A stretch of DNA of 40,850 bases from an uncultured Actinotalea sp. (GCA_963521045.1 CAUQTR010000001.1:1-40850), one strand, 5' to 3'. Shown: positions 19,159 through 28,799, counted from the first letter of the stretch. The notes: generated by a model from the letters alone, not told the origin. Numbers and translations are program-made.

Positions 19159-21681
19159 ATGGCCATGAAGGCGTTCCTCTCTTACGCGCACGCGGACGGC
19201 TCGCTAGTAGCAGCCGTGGCCAACAAGGTCGGGCGCCCTTTCGTGCACGTCGACGAGATTACATTCCATGCGGGCGACGAACTCCTCGCTTCGATGGAGC
19301 GGGCGGTAAGCGATGCGACCGTCTTCGTCCTATTCGCGTCTCGCGCTTCGCTCGATTCGGTGTGGGTCAGTTTCGAAGCCGAGCAAGCGCGCTACCTCCG
19401 GGCGGTTCGGCGCATCAAGAAGGTACTCGTCGTCCTCCTTGACGACCGCCTTTCCGCTGGCGACTTGCCTCCGTGGCTGCGCGAGACAAAGTATCTTCGC
19501 TCCCGTTCACCAGGACCCATTGCTCGAGCAATACGCTCGCTGATCGATGACCTAGTCCAGGAAGACCAACACAGTCTGTTCGTGGGACGTGCGGAGGAGA
19601 CAGCGAGCGTACAAGCTGCACTTGTCTCGCCAGACCTTGGTAAACCAACATCTCTGATCGCGATATGCGGCCTCCCTGGCATCGGGCGTCGCACCCTCCT
19701 CGCGAGGGTCGCAAAGGACACGCTTGCGTACGCCCGCGTCCTCACCGTGATCGTCGAGCCAGGTGACAACATCAATGCTCTGGCCATCAAACTCGCGGAC
19801 CTGGTCGAAGGAGCGGCGTCAGCTGACGAAGCCATCGCGCTCGCCCGGGAGATTGAGCAGGCTCCCGAAGACGTCGCCACTAAGCGCTTCATCTCCTCGC
19901 TGGAGAAGGCGAGCAAACTACATGAGCTAGTTGCTCTGTACGACGAAGGTGGGCTGTTAGAGGATCGGGGAGGACCCGTCGCATCATTCCTCCCCGCACT
20001 AACGGCGGTCGGTGCTAGGGATGACTTGCTTCTCGCCCTTGTGACCAATCGTAGGCCTTTCTTAGCACTCGGATCGACGGACATCGAGGTACCGGTTGTT
20101 GACGTGAGACCCTTGCGAGAGGAGGAGAGTCGGCAACTATTGGCGCTCCAGGCCCGTTCCCGTGGGCTCTCTTTGGAGCCTGCCGACCTGCGCAAGCTCG
20201 CGCAACAAGTGCGTGGATACCCGCCATCTGCCACTGCGATGACTCTCATGGTCGGCGCCTATGGAGTGGCCCTTGCCCTAGGGAACACGGACTCTCAATA
20301 CCAGCCCCGGCCGCTTAACCGCTACCTTCGGCAGTTGAGGCTCTCGCGCGCCGAACGGAACATTTTGCGAGTCCTCGCCGCCAACAGCCCTCTGCCGATC
20401 GACACGCTTCTCAAGCTCTCCGGCGCCGCCCGCGAGGAAGCAATCGGTGCCTTGACTAATCTGATCGACGCCTCCGTCGTCGCTCCCAGGGCCGGCACCT
20501 CGTGGTACGAGATCAGCGAGCCCGTCGTTGCCTACGTGGACCGCGAGTACCCGCCGTGTTCTGTCGAGGAATACGCGACGATCGCCGACGAATTGAGTAA
20601 GACGCTTGAAGAGGATCGGAGCGGCGGGCCATACCTTGACCTCGCGCGCACCTTCTATCGCTCCCTAGTGCGCGCTGGGCGGAGCTTGCAGCCACGCGCC
20701 TACGCCCTTCTATCAGACTGGCTCAGGCTCGCTGCTGACCTATATCACCACCGCGACTACGAGCAAGCCCTCCAATACGCCACTCTCGCACACGAGCAAG
20801 GCGGTCCGTCGGAGGCACTCCAATGGGTCGTGAAGTGCAACGTCAAACTGGGTGACTACCCGGCCGCGACTGATCGGATTGCCGAGCTCAGGCGTCAGGG
20901 CGAAGTGCGTGAGGCACACTTCCTCACCGGCTTCCTAGAGCGTCATCGCGGAGAGCATCGGAAAGCGATAAACGCGTACGAACTCGCTAGATCAGCCGGT
21001 CGGGGCGGCCTCGCCCTTGAACGCGATCTGGCCGATTGTTACCTCGAGGTGAATGACCTTGAGCGCGCAGAGGCTCGCATCAAGGCAGCACAAGACAGGC
21101 AGCCCGACAACCCCTACGTGGTCAGCCTGCGGATCAAGATCGCGTGTCGGACGGGTGACGAGACCACAGCGCGCGAGCTGCTTCCGCTCCTACACGAGGT
21201 CGACGAGCCGGCGTTTGCGAACCATAGACACTCACGGGTTGAGTTGGCCTTCGGTGACGCGGAGACGGCATATGACTACGCACGCCGGGCCGTGCAGTCG
21301 ACGGACCGCCCTCCCTTTGAGGCGCTCGCGAACCTGTGCGTGTGCGAGCTTCGGACGAACCGGTTAGAGGACGGCAAGACGTCTCTGACTCGCTTGTCGA
21401 AGCTTTACAAGTCGCAACGACCGAACGTCCAGGGCGGACTGCAGGCCCGTGTCGCAATAATCGAGAGGCGCTACGAAGACGCCCTCGGCCATCTTGCCGG
21501 TCTTGACGCCACCGGCAGTCCGGAGCACCTGGCGTTGAAGAGGGACGCCCTCCGAGGCATCCTCGATACAAGCTTCGTTGCACACGGGGTCCGCCAGCAA
21601 CATCAATCGGAGATCGACCGGATCGAGTCCGTCCTTTCCGCGCGGCCGAACCCGAACCTGTGGGTTATAGGCCCTGATTAA
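19159..21681 (+). CDS. TIR - STAND-type NTPase - TPR protein (NLR/Avs-like candidate antiphage protein)
   Basis: TIR: AFLSYAHAD...FVLFASRASLDSVWVSFE. NTPase: LFVGRAEE, ICGLPGIGRRT, LVALYDEGG, LVTNRR, VRGYPP. Helical TPR-like C-terminus. GGAGG RBS 7 nt before the ATG at 19159. Confidence 0.82.
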   Translation: MAMKAFLSYAHADGSLVAAVANKVGRPFVHVDEITFHAGDELLASMERAVSDATVFVLFASRASLDSVWVSFEAEQARYLRAVRRIKKVLVVLLDDRLSAGDLPPWLRETKYLRSRSPGPIARAIRSLIDDLVQEDQHSLFVGRAEETASVQAALVSPDLGKPTSLIAICGLPGIGRRTLLARVAKDTLAYARVLTVIVEPGDNINALAIKLADLVEGAASADEAIALAREIEQAPEDVATKRFISSLEKASKLHELVALYDEGGLLEDRGGPVASFLPALTAVGARDDLLLALVTNRRPFLALGSTDIEVPVVDVRPLREEESRQLLALQARSRGLSLEPADLRKLAQQVRGYPPSATAMTLMVGAYGVALALGNTDSQYQPRPLNRYLRQLRLSRAERNILRVLAANSPLPIDTLLKLSGAAREEAIGALTNLIDASVVAPRAGTSWYEISEPVVAYVDREYPPCSVEEYATIADELSKTLEEDRSGGPYLDLARTFYRSLVRAGRSLQPRAYALLSDWLRLAADLYHHRDYEQALQYATLAHEQGGPSEALQWVVKCNVKLGDYPAATDRIAELRRQGEVREAHFLTGFLERHRGEHRKAINAYELARSAGRGGLALERDLADCYLEVNDLERAEARIKAAQDRQPDNPYVVSLRIKIACRTGDETTARELLPLLHEVDEPAFANHRHSRVELAFGDAETAYDYARRAVQSTDRPPFEALANLCVCELRTNRLEDGKTSLTRLSKLYKSQRPNVQGGLQARVAIIERRYEDALGHLAGLDATGSPEHLALKRDALRGILDTSFVAHGVRQQHQSEIDRIESVLSARPNPNLWVIGPD

Positions 21682-22342
21682 GGGTACGCCCCCGCTATCC
21701 GGTGAGATGTGGCTCCTCCCCTGTTCACCGGCCTGTCGTCGTAAACTCGCAGACCTCCAGCGGCGCCACGATCCTCGCCCTCTCACGCGGAGCCTAGTCG
21801 AATCGCCGATGTAAGCCTGCAGAACCTCGCGAGGGGATGAGCCTCTGCACGGTGAATCGGATCCGACAGACACGTGGAGGCGCTCAAGTCGGCGCGCGGC
21901 AGGGGAACCACAGGAGCGACTTCGCGCCGGAAGTTGGTGCGGCCGCGAACCGAGGCCCCGCTCACGGCCGGCGAGAATCGCCGCCACGGTTATCGCCCGG
22001 GGGATCCGCCTCGTCGGACGGCGACGGCGACGTGGTGGAAGCGGTAGTTGATGGCCGCGTCACGGAGACATTCGGGCGCGCACGCCCTGAAGTTACGGTG
22101 ACACTTCGCAACGGGACCGTGGTTCGGACCGCTCAAGCAGAGACGTCCCGCTCAGGTGCCTCCCCATCCCGTGGTGGCGGAGGACCCAAGTGCCGCGCGC
22201 CGAGACTACATCCAGTACGGCCGAGCGGAGCGCGGAAATCGGGGCCCGAGGCAAGCGGCGAGTCCTCCATTGACACGTCCGCGGACATCCGTCCACGTCG
22301 CCGACGGACCGTCCACTTTCCGAGACAAGTCGCGACTCCTGT

Positions 22343-22510
22343 CCCTGACCTGTAGCAACACGCTGTGCGCCCGTGCAGATAGGAACTGCCGCCACCCGCT
22401 ATCGGAGTTCGATCTTGGATGGCGGATAACGCGCTGGCCTGCGGATCTACATGCGGGTAGTTCGCGTGGCGACCCCGTTCCGGGGTGCTCGCTGACCGCA
22501 CGCTGACCAC
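22343..22510. repeat. Internal attP-like junction between the two tandem elements
   Basis: 22343-22407 is a degenerate copy of 36329-36393 (tRNA 3' half plus flank); 22408-22510 matches 18556-18658. Confidence 0.85.
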
Positions 22511-22720
22511 GGACACGCACTGCAGACGGCGGCGAGCGAATGCAGCCCGCTTCACTCAGCTGCGGGCCGTTGCCGCCGGCGTACATCTCACGCGCGGGGC
22601 ACAAACCGAGGGGCCGCTCGCCCGGGGCACAGACCGACGGCCGCGCCGAGGCACGCGATGTGGCCAGTCCACTTTTCGACCGGGACACGCGAGCCACAAC
22701 GTCGCCACGCCCGGAGCCGC

Positions 22721-24565
22721 CTACTCGGCCTCGCCCGGAAGGTGTCCACCCGCGACTGGCGGTCGATCGAAGAAGCCCCAACGCCCACCCTCGACGCCGG
22801 CGAACTCCGCGACACTGCCACGCACGACGGCATCCCCTGGGTCCACGTTCTCGAGGACAATCGCCTGACCGAGGAACTCCTCATCGAGGAACCTGTAGAA
22901 CTTCTGAGCCACCTCGTCCGCGATCAGTTCGTCGTTCCCACCCCCACCGCCGTCGCCCGCCCTTCGCTTTGGCGACTTGTACGTCACGAGAGGAGAGTCG
23001 AGCACAACAAACCCTGGGTGCGGCTGACCATTGCGAAGGCACAGTTGTGCGAGTGCGACCATCTGAGCCGCGAAGAGAATCGCTCTAACGCCCTTGCCAC
23101 GGTCGGCTCTACGCTTACCCTCGAGAATGGGCTCGAGGTTGTCAGCGGACACGTGGGCCGAACTCCCGCCTCGCACTCCCCAAGCCGTAAGTACGGAAGC
23201 CAGTTCCCGAGAAAAGTCGGACAACATTAGCGGCGAAAGCTGCAAGTCTGGCAGCGGTTGGCCCTCCACAACCCGGATATCCGCTCGGAAGCGCTCAATG
23301 GACTCGAGTTGCGCGTACTTGGCGAGGACCGCCTCAACCTCCGACAACTTGGCCCGCAGGATCTCTAAGTCGGACCGAGACGGCGCAACTTGCGCCGAGA
23401 GAGATGCTATCCCGCGCGAGAGATCCCGCAGGACGGCCTCATTTTCCCGAATCTCCACTCGGAGTTTCGCACGCTCGCGTTCGAGTTCATCCATCGTAGT
23501 CAAGAGGCCTGCGCGGAGCGTTCGCACGCGCGACCGCTCACGTTGGACAGCGTCGGACATCGACGCATCCGCCTCATGCTCATGGGTAGTGACCGCCAGC
23601 TCTTGCCCGCACAACGGACAACGTCCTGGCTCATAGAGCCCCATCACCACTGCGCTCTCTTCGACCACATCGAGCCGTTCGAGATCGCTTCGGTACTGTT
23701 CGCTCAGGAGTGCGAAACGAGTGAGCGACTCCGAGATGCTGCGCTCACGCGCGTTGGACTCTTCGATGAGCGCGTGGACTCCCGCATACCTCCTGCGCTC
23801 ACTCACAAGCTGAAGAAGCACTGGCTCAAGACCCTCGGAGCCCGCCTGAAGCGATGCGAGCAATCGCTCGCGCATTCCGTGCGCCTCAACCCTCGACGGA
23901 AGGTCGCTCAGTTCGCCAATCAACTGGCCCATGAGTTGGTCAAGCAACTCGCGCTGCTTCCTGCTGAGGGCCTTCTCCTTGCGCCCCGCCCCCTTGACCT
24001 GCGGGGGGTCTGACCGGCCCGCCAAGACGCAGCGAACCAGCGACTTTTCTTTCGTGTTTGTCTCGAAGCGTCCCGACGAGAAAGGCGCCGACTTGCCGAA
24101 GACCCGGTCCTCAGATCCGATCACGAGGTGCAGGAAGTCCCGGAAGCCGACGTTTTCGGTATCGCCGTCCGAGTTTCGGATCACTACCCAGCCGTCGGCG
24201 CCGATGGCACTCAACATCGTGCGCGACACGTTGTCCGTTGTGGTTGCCGAGTGTCGCGCCTTCAGGGCCATCGGTGGCGCGCCGCTCCCGGGCGTGTAGA
24301 GGAGTTCGCCCCCGTCAAGGTCACGCTCAAAGACGGCCGATGGTCCTCGCCCAGCGGACCACTCGAGCCGCAGCTTGTCGTAGCCCTCAGACTCCGGCAG
24401 CTGCCGGAGGGCGCGAGTCCCGCCCAACATGTAGTCGATCATGTCCGCGATGTAGGACTTGCCGGTGTCTGAAGCGCCGTGGATGACGGTGAGTCCGTCC
24501 GCGAACGTGACGCTGGCTGGAGCGACCCCTTCGCCAATCGCATGGAGGCCTCGAAGCAGCACCAT
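22721..24565 (-). CDS. lmuB: Lamassu/ABC-3C SMC-like ATPase (LmuB-like)
   Basis: Walker A GASDTGKS, coiled coils with a central CPLC hook, variant signature RGKGVRA, Walker B FVVLDSPL, and LEN. Confidence 0.85.
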   Translation of the reverse strand: MVLLRGLHAIGEGVAPASVTFADGLTVIHGASDTGKSYIADMIDYMLGGTRALRQLPESEGYDKLRLEWSAGRGPSAVFERDLDGGELLYTPGSGAPPMALKARHSATTTDNVSRTMLSAIGADGWVVIRNSDGDTENVGFRDFLHLVIGSEDRVFGKSAPFSSGRFETNTKEKSLVRCVLAGRSDPPQVKGAGRKEKALSRKQRELLDQLMGQLIGELSDLPSRVEAHGMRERLLASLQAGSEGLEPVLLQLVSERRRYAGVHALIEESNARERSISESLTRFALLSEQYRSDLERLDVVEESAVVMGLYEPGRCPLCGQELAVTTHEHEADASMSDAVQRERSRVRTLRAGLLTTMDELERERAKLRVEIRENEAVLRDLSRGIASLSAQVAPSRSDLEILRAKLSEVEAVLAKYAQLESIERFRADIRVVEGQPLPDLQLSPLMLSDFSRELASVLTAWGVRGGSSAHVSADNLEPILEGKRRADRGKGVRAILFAAQMVALAQLCLRNGQPHPGFVVLDSPLVTYKSPKRRAGDGGGGGNDELIADEVAQKFYRFLDEEFLGQAIVLENVDPGDAVVRGSVAEFAGVEGGRWGFFDRPPVAGGHLPGEAE

Positions 24566-25020
24566 TAGTCGCCTTCCTCCGCCCGGACGTTCAGACTCTC
24601 CACATCGGCGCGAATCAATTGGGAATACGCCTCGGTCAGCGCTTCCTCCGACATCCCGCCAACAATCTCAACGGCTTGGCGACAGGAGGACTTCAGCCTC
24701 TCTGCCCCAGGGCACTCCAGAAGTTCTACAAAGCCGAGCGCACGCTCGGTGGCCCGATAGGAGCCGGCTTCAGGGTCGAGCGTCATGAGTTCCGCGCGCA
24801 CGAAGATGCTCGCGCCCGCCCTGACGTTCGCCCTCCGTACAGCGAGTCCGGTGCTGGCCTGCGTCACCGGAGGCTGCACGGCTTCAACGCCACCACCACC
24901 AAACAGCACCAAGTGCTCCATAAGCGCTAACCGATCGAGGTCGATAGGCGTTGGCCAGGCAGCTGCCAGCAGGCAGGTCGCGTGTACTCCGGCCTCGTAA
25001 GGTCCATTGAGCAGGATCAT
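24565..25020 (-). CDS. lmuC: ABC-three-component middle component (MC2-like; LmuC-like)
   Basis: 151 aa, LNGPYEAGVHATCLLAAAWP..IDLDRL. Coupled to both neighbours (ATGA and TAATG overlaps). Confidence 0.75.
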   Translation of the reverse strand: MILLNGPYEAGVHATCLLAAAWPTPIDLDRLALMEHLVLFGGGGVEAVQPPVTQASTGLAVRRANVRAGASIFVRAELMTLDPEAGSYRATERALGFVELLECPGAERLKSSCRQAVEIVGGMSEEALTEAYSQLIRADVESLNVRAEEGD

Positions 25021-26105
25021 ATTTCTTCGGCCACCCATCGGAGCCGCCCGTCCCCGGCGAGCTGGTGGCACGCCCCCTGCTTCTCCTTTACACCGCCACT
25101 CTGGACAAGCGCATTCGCTGAGAGATCAACTGTGGCGGCTTGGGCTAATGTTGCGGCGAGTCTCTCATAGCCGGTTCCGTATTCCATCTCGCATGTGTCC
25201 ACCACTCCACTGTGTATCTGATCCGTATAGCCCGCATACGTGCCGTCCGGGAGGAGGTCTCGGACATGCCTCTCGAGAGTCTCCGCGCAGTAGAACAGCT
25301 CCCGCTGCCGGAGTAGGTGCGAGGCCGCCTTCGGATGCGCCGAGCACTCCGCGAAGCCTGCATACTCGGGACCATACTTCTCGACATAGACGGGCCAAAG
25401 AGCCCGCAGGAAGTTCGCCTCGTCGTCCGTTGGGTTTTGCGGCACGGGCCCTGGCTCGGGCACCGGCGGTATCCCACCGCCGAATCTCAGCACATAGCGG
25501 TCGGTGCGCTTGTGGAGCTCAATCATCTCGTCGACGTTCTTCTCACGGAAGATCGAGAAGTCGATCGTCTGGGCAAGTTTGCGTACCGCTTCGAGACGGT
25601 GGGCCCGGTCTACATTCGACCTGTCTTCTTGACTTTCGAGCCACTCAATAAAGGCCGCTTTGAGATCATCGGCGCCGTTCAGCAGTCTCAGGAGATGAGG
25701 GCCGCAGCCTCTTGGCGCGATAAAGTAGTACGCACGCGGAAGGACCCACACGCCTTCCGCGACAGCCCAGAGGAACTTAAAAATCTCCTTGTGCGCGTCG
25801 AGTGGCTGGAGGCTCGCTGCGTAGTGCTTACACTGATAGGCGTCCCACTCGTCTCGGAAGCCAGACTCGGTGAGCCAGCCAGCGACGTCCACGCCCCTGT
25901 CGCCCGCGCCTGCGATGCGCCCAACGCGGTAGTAGCTCGGGAGCACTCGGACCCACTCGTTAGTGAACTCTTCCCATTCGTCCGGGTCAAAGATGCTGAT
26001 TAGCTTCTTCGGCGACCGAAACGCGCCCATCTGGACCTGGCCAGCGCCCATGCGGATGGGCGCGCTCGAGGCCGGGATCTCGGAAAGTCCCGGGTCTTCG
26101 CTCAC
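25017..26105 (-). CDS. lmuA: Lamassu effector (LmuA-like): Mrr-type restriction endonuclease domain + ABC-3C C-terminal domain
   Basis: EWEEF...GAGDRGVDV...YQCKHY (D...QxK nuclease). C-terminus QRELFYCAE...KQGACHQLA.DGRLRWV. Probable GTG start at 26105. Confidence 0.8.
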   Translation of the reverse strand: MSEDPGLSEIPASSAPIRMGAGQVQMGAFRSPKKLISIFDPDEWEEFTNEWVRVLPSYYRVGRIAGAGDRGVDVAGWLTESGFRDEWDAYQCKHYAASLQPLDAHKEIFKFLWAVAEGVWVLPRAYYFIAPRGCGPHLLRLLNGADDLKAAFIEWLESQEDRSNVDRAHRLEAVRKLAQTIDFSIFREKNVDEMIELHKRTDRYVLRFGGGIPPVPEPGPVPQNPTDDEANFLRALWPVYVEKYGPEYAGFAECSAHPKAASHLLRQRELFYCAETLERHVRDLLPDGTYAGYTDQIHSGVVDTCEMEYGTGYERLAATLAQAATVDLSANALVQSGGVKEKQGACHQLAGDGRLRWVAEEI

Positions 26106-26511
26106 GGTGTTCCCCCGTCCCCTGCCGCCGGTGGAGAGCACCGCCATCGTGCCAGCCAGCAGGCGCTTGAGGTCGGACTTCTCGCGCGCCCGTGTGTCTC
26201 GCGGCTGCCCTGCCGCCCGGGCGGCGGCCCATCAGCGCCGGTGCAAAGGGCTCGTTCAGGAGCTCGCTCGCCCCTTCGGGCGCTCGGCACTCCTCGATGC
26301 AAGAAGAGTCGGCTTGGGTCATCGGCTTCCGAAGCCAGGCCGACTGTGACGACACGCGGATGTCGCCTCGCTGAGCATCGCCGCCCCCGCCGGCGCTCCG
26401 GGTGGACGCGCGTCGGAGCGAGCTCGCCTCTGCTGCCGCAGGTCGCCCGCGTACTCAGTCCCGGAGCGCGGCCGAGACGGGCGCGACGGCCCCGATCAGT
26501 ACCCTGGGCGC

Positions 26512-27240
26512 ATGTTTGAACGCACCGTGAACTACGACGCGGTCTACGTGCCGTTCGAAGTCGACGACGACGCCGCGTTCGCGCTGGCGTTCGACTGGCT
26601 GCTCTCGAGACCGGGCGGCCCGCTCGTTGTGTTCCACGCGAAGAAGATGGTCACGAACAACCGGCAGCTAGAGTCGCTGATCCAGCGTCATCGCCTCCCC
26701 GTCGTCGCGCCGCCGCGGGTGCTTGAGGGCGGCTGGACGGGCGGTGCGGTGCTCGCCCCGTGGGCGTCCGGGAAGGTCCTCGCCGCGATCGATGACCAAC
26801 TCGGCTCCCGAGCCAACGGCGTTTGCGTGATCGGCGGCGCTCTCGGTGAGCATGAAGCATGGGTCCGAGGGCACCGCGCGCGAGACCTGAGCCAGCGCGG
26901 TGCCGAGCCGGCGCGAGCCGTCCTCGACCCGGTCGTGGAGGTGGCCATGCTTCACGCGACGACGGCTGTGAACCACAACAACGCCCTGCTCCAGGACGAC
27001 GACAAGGCATACGTGATCAGAACGCTCCAGCTCCTCGACGAAGCGGGACTGGACTGCGAGACGGACACACTGTGCGCCTGGGCGACCGAGCACGGCTGGA
27101 CGGCGACCGAGGTAGAACGACTGCGCGAGTACGCCGCCGGGGTCCGCGCCCGACGGAGATTCGTATTGCGGAGCAGTTGGGGCCCGAGCAACGACGCCTT
27201 AAGCCACTGGAGGCGTGAGGCGGCCGAGCGTCTCGGATGA
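26512..27240 (+). CDS. Hypothetical protein with a C-terminal region resembling DUF1889/YoaC
   Basis: Clean 242-aa ORF with protein-like composition. The C-terminal LDPVVEVAM...VNHNNAL...DKA...HGW pattern recalls DUF1889 (from memory, not searched). Confidence 0.65.
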   Translation: MFERTVNYDAVYVPFEVDDDAAFALAFDWLLSRPGGPLVVFHAKKMVTNNRQLESLIQRHRLPVVAPPRVLEGGWTGGAVLAPWASGKVLAAIDDQLGSRANGVCVIGGALGEHEAWVRGHRARDLSQRGAEPARAVLDPVVEVAMLHATTAVNHNNALLQDDDKAYVIRTLQLLDEAGLDCETDTLCAWATEHGWTATEVERLREYAAGVRARRRFVLRSSWGPSNDALSHWRREAAERLG

Positions 27241-27902
27241 CCCGTCGCAAGCGCGCACGTGGTGCCTCTGCACCGTGGCCTGGCCCGGAAGTCATGTCTG
27301 ACGGGCTAGCCGTGCCCGGTCGAGGCTGACGCTTCGTGCGAGGTCCGACACGACACCACAGGGGTCGCCGTCTATCGGTCCGGGCATCGAGGCGCAGAGC
27401 CAGTCACCGCATCTCGACACCGAAGACGCGGCGTCGAGCCAAGTTGCCGAGCTGGACTGGGCCACCGGCAGATAGGACCTGCTCGCAACGCTACGGGTGC
27501 TGCACGAGGCCGGCGGTGCCCTGCGGGTGGACCTCGTAGCGACGAGCAGCGCTCCTCGGTCTGCGGCGTGGCGTCGCAGCCGATACGCGAGGCCCTCGAC
27601 CGCCGCGCGGTGGTCGCCGGGTCCGCTTCGGTCCTCCACAAAGCGCAGGTCCACCTGCGTGCTGGTACACGCGCTTTGGCTCGAGGTTGCCGTTGAGGCG
27701 TTCGACGAGGAACGGGATCCCATACTCTGCCGATGCGGCGATCTCTAGTGCCTGGCTCGTCGTCGCGGCGCTATCGCCCTCCAGGGCCCGCCATCCCACT
27801 GGACCGGCGTGCCCCCCAGAGCACCAGGCAGGCGACGAAACGGACCAGGCCCTCCGCCACGACCGAGCTTGAGACGGAGCGCCTTGCCGCCGATAGAAGG
27901 GC

Positions 27903-28799
27903 ATGACGACCACGTCCGACGGGGACGCCGTCGCCCCGGCCAAGGTGATGCGCCTGCGCTACGCGGGCACCTGCGCAGGGTGCGGCGCAGAACTTGAGTC
28001 CGGGACCCATGCGGCGTACTACAGGGCCACGAAGACCGTCCGCTGTCTCGCATGCATCGAATCGGACGAGCCAGTGTCTTCGGCGGCGCCGGCGGATAAA
28101 CCGCCTCTGGACTCGACGCCGGCGCCCACCCCCGATGCCATCGAGACGGGGGCGGCGGGCTCCTCCGCCCGACGCGAGTACGAACGTCGGTCCGCGAAGC
28201 GCGAGGCTCGGATTCGCGAAGCGCACCCGCGGCTTGGTGGCCTCATCCTCGCGCTTACCGACGAGCCTCAGAGCACGGCCGCCTGGGCCAGCGGCGCCCG
28301 CGGGGAGGAGCTGCTGGGTGCGCGACTGGCCGATCTCACGCAGAAGGGTGTCCGCCTCCTCCACGACCGCCGGATCCCCGGGACAAGGGCGAACATCGAC
28401 CACATCGCCGTCGGACCCACAGGCGTTCACGTCGTTGACGCCAAGCGCTACAAGGGCCGGCCGTCACTTCGCGTCGAGGGCGGGCTGCTCCGGCCGCGCG
28501 TGGAGAAGCTCCTCGTCGGCTCGCGCGACTGCACCCGCCTGGTCGAGGGCGTCCACAAGCAGGTGGGTCTCGTCCGGTCCGCACTCGACGCCGTGACACT
28601 CACGGACGTGCCCGTGCACGGCACACTTTGCTTCATCGAGGCCGACTGGCCCCTCATCGGCGGATCGTTCGTCATCGCCGACGTCGCCGTCGTATGGCCC
28701 AAGAAGGTCGCCGAGCGCCTCGTCGCGCCGGGCGGGATGAGCGAGGCGGACGTCGAGACGGTTCACCGAGCGCTCGCACAGGCTTTCCCGGCCGCGTGA
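27903..28799 (+). CDS. NERD (nuclease-related domain) protein with N-terminal CxxC...CxxC zinc ribbon
   Basis: CAGC...CLAC, then GARGEE...LHDRRIPG..ANIDHIAVGPTGVHVVDAKRYKG. Confidence 0.85.
   Translation: MTTTSDGDAVAPAKVMRLRYAGTCAGCGAELESGTHAAYYRATKTVRCLACIESDEPVSSAAPADKPPLDSTPAPTPDAIETGAAGSSARREYERRSAKREARIREAHPRLGGLILALTDEPQSTAAWASGARGEELLGARLADLTQKGVRLLHDRRIPGTRANIDHIAVGPTGVHVVDAKRYKGRPSLRVEGGLLRPRVEKLLVGSRDCTRLVEGVHKQVGLVRSALDAVTLTDVPVHGTLCFIEADWPLIGGSFVIADVAVVWPKKVAERLVAPGGMSEADVETVHRALAQAFPAA

Noticed and set aside
22343..22407. Possible second tRNA gene
   Set aside because: Only a mutated 3' half is present (the T-loop TTCGAA is disrupted and there is no 5' half); it is an att copy.
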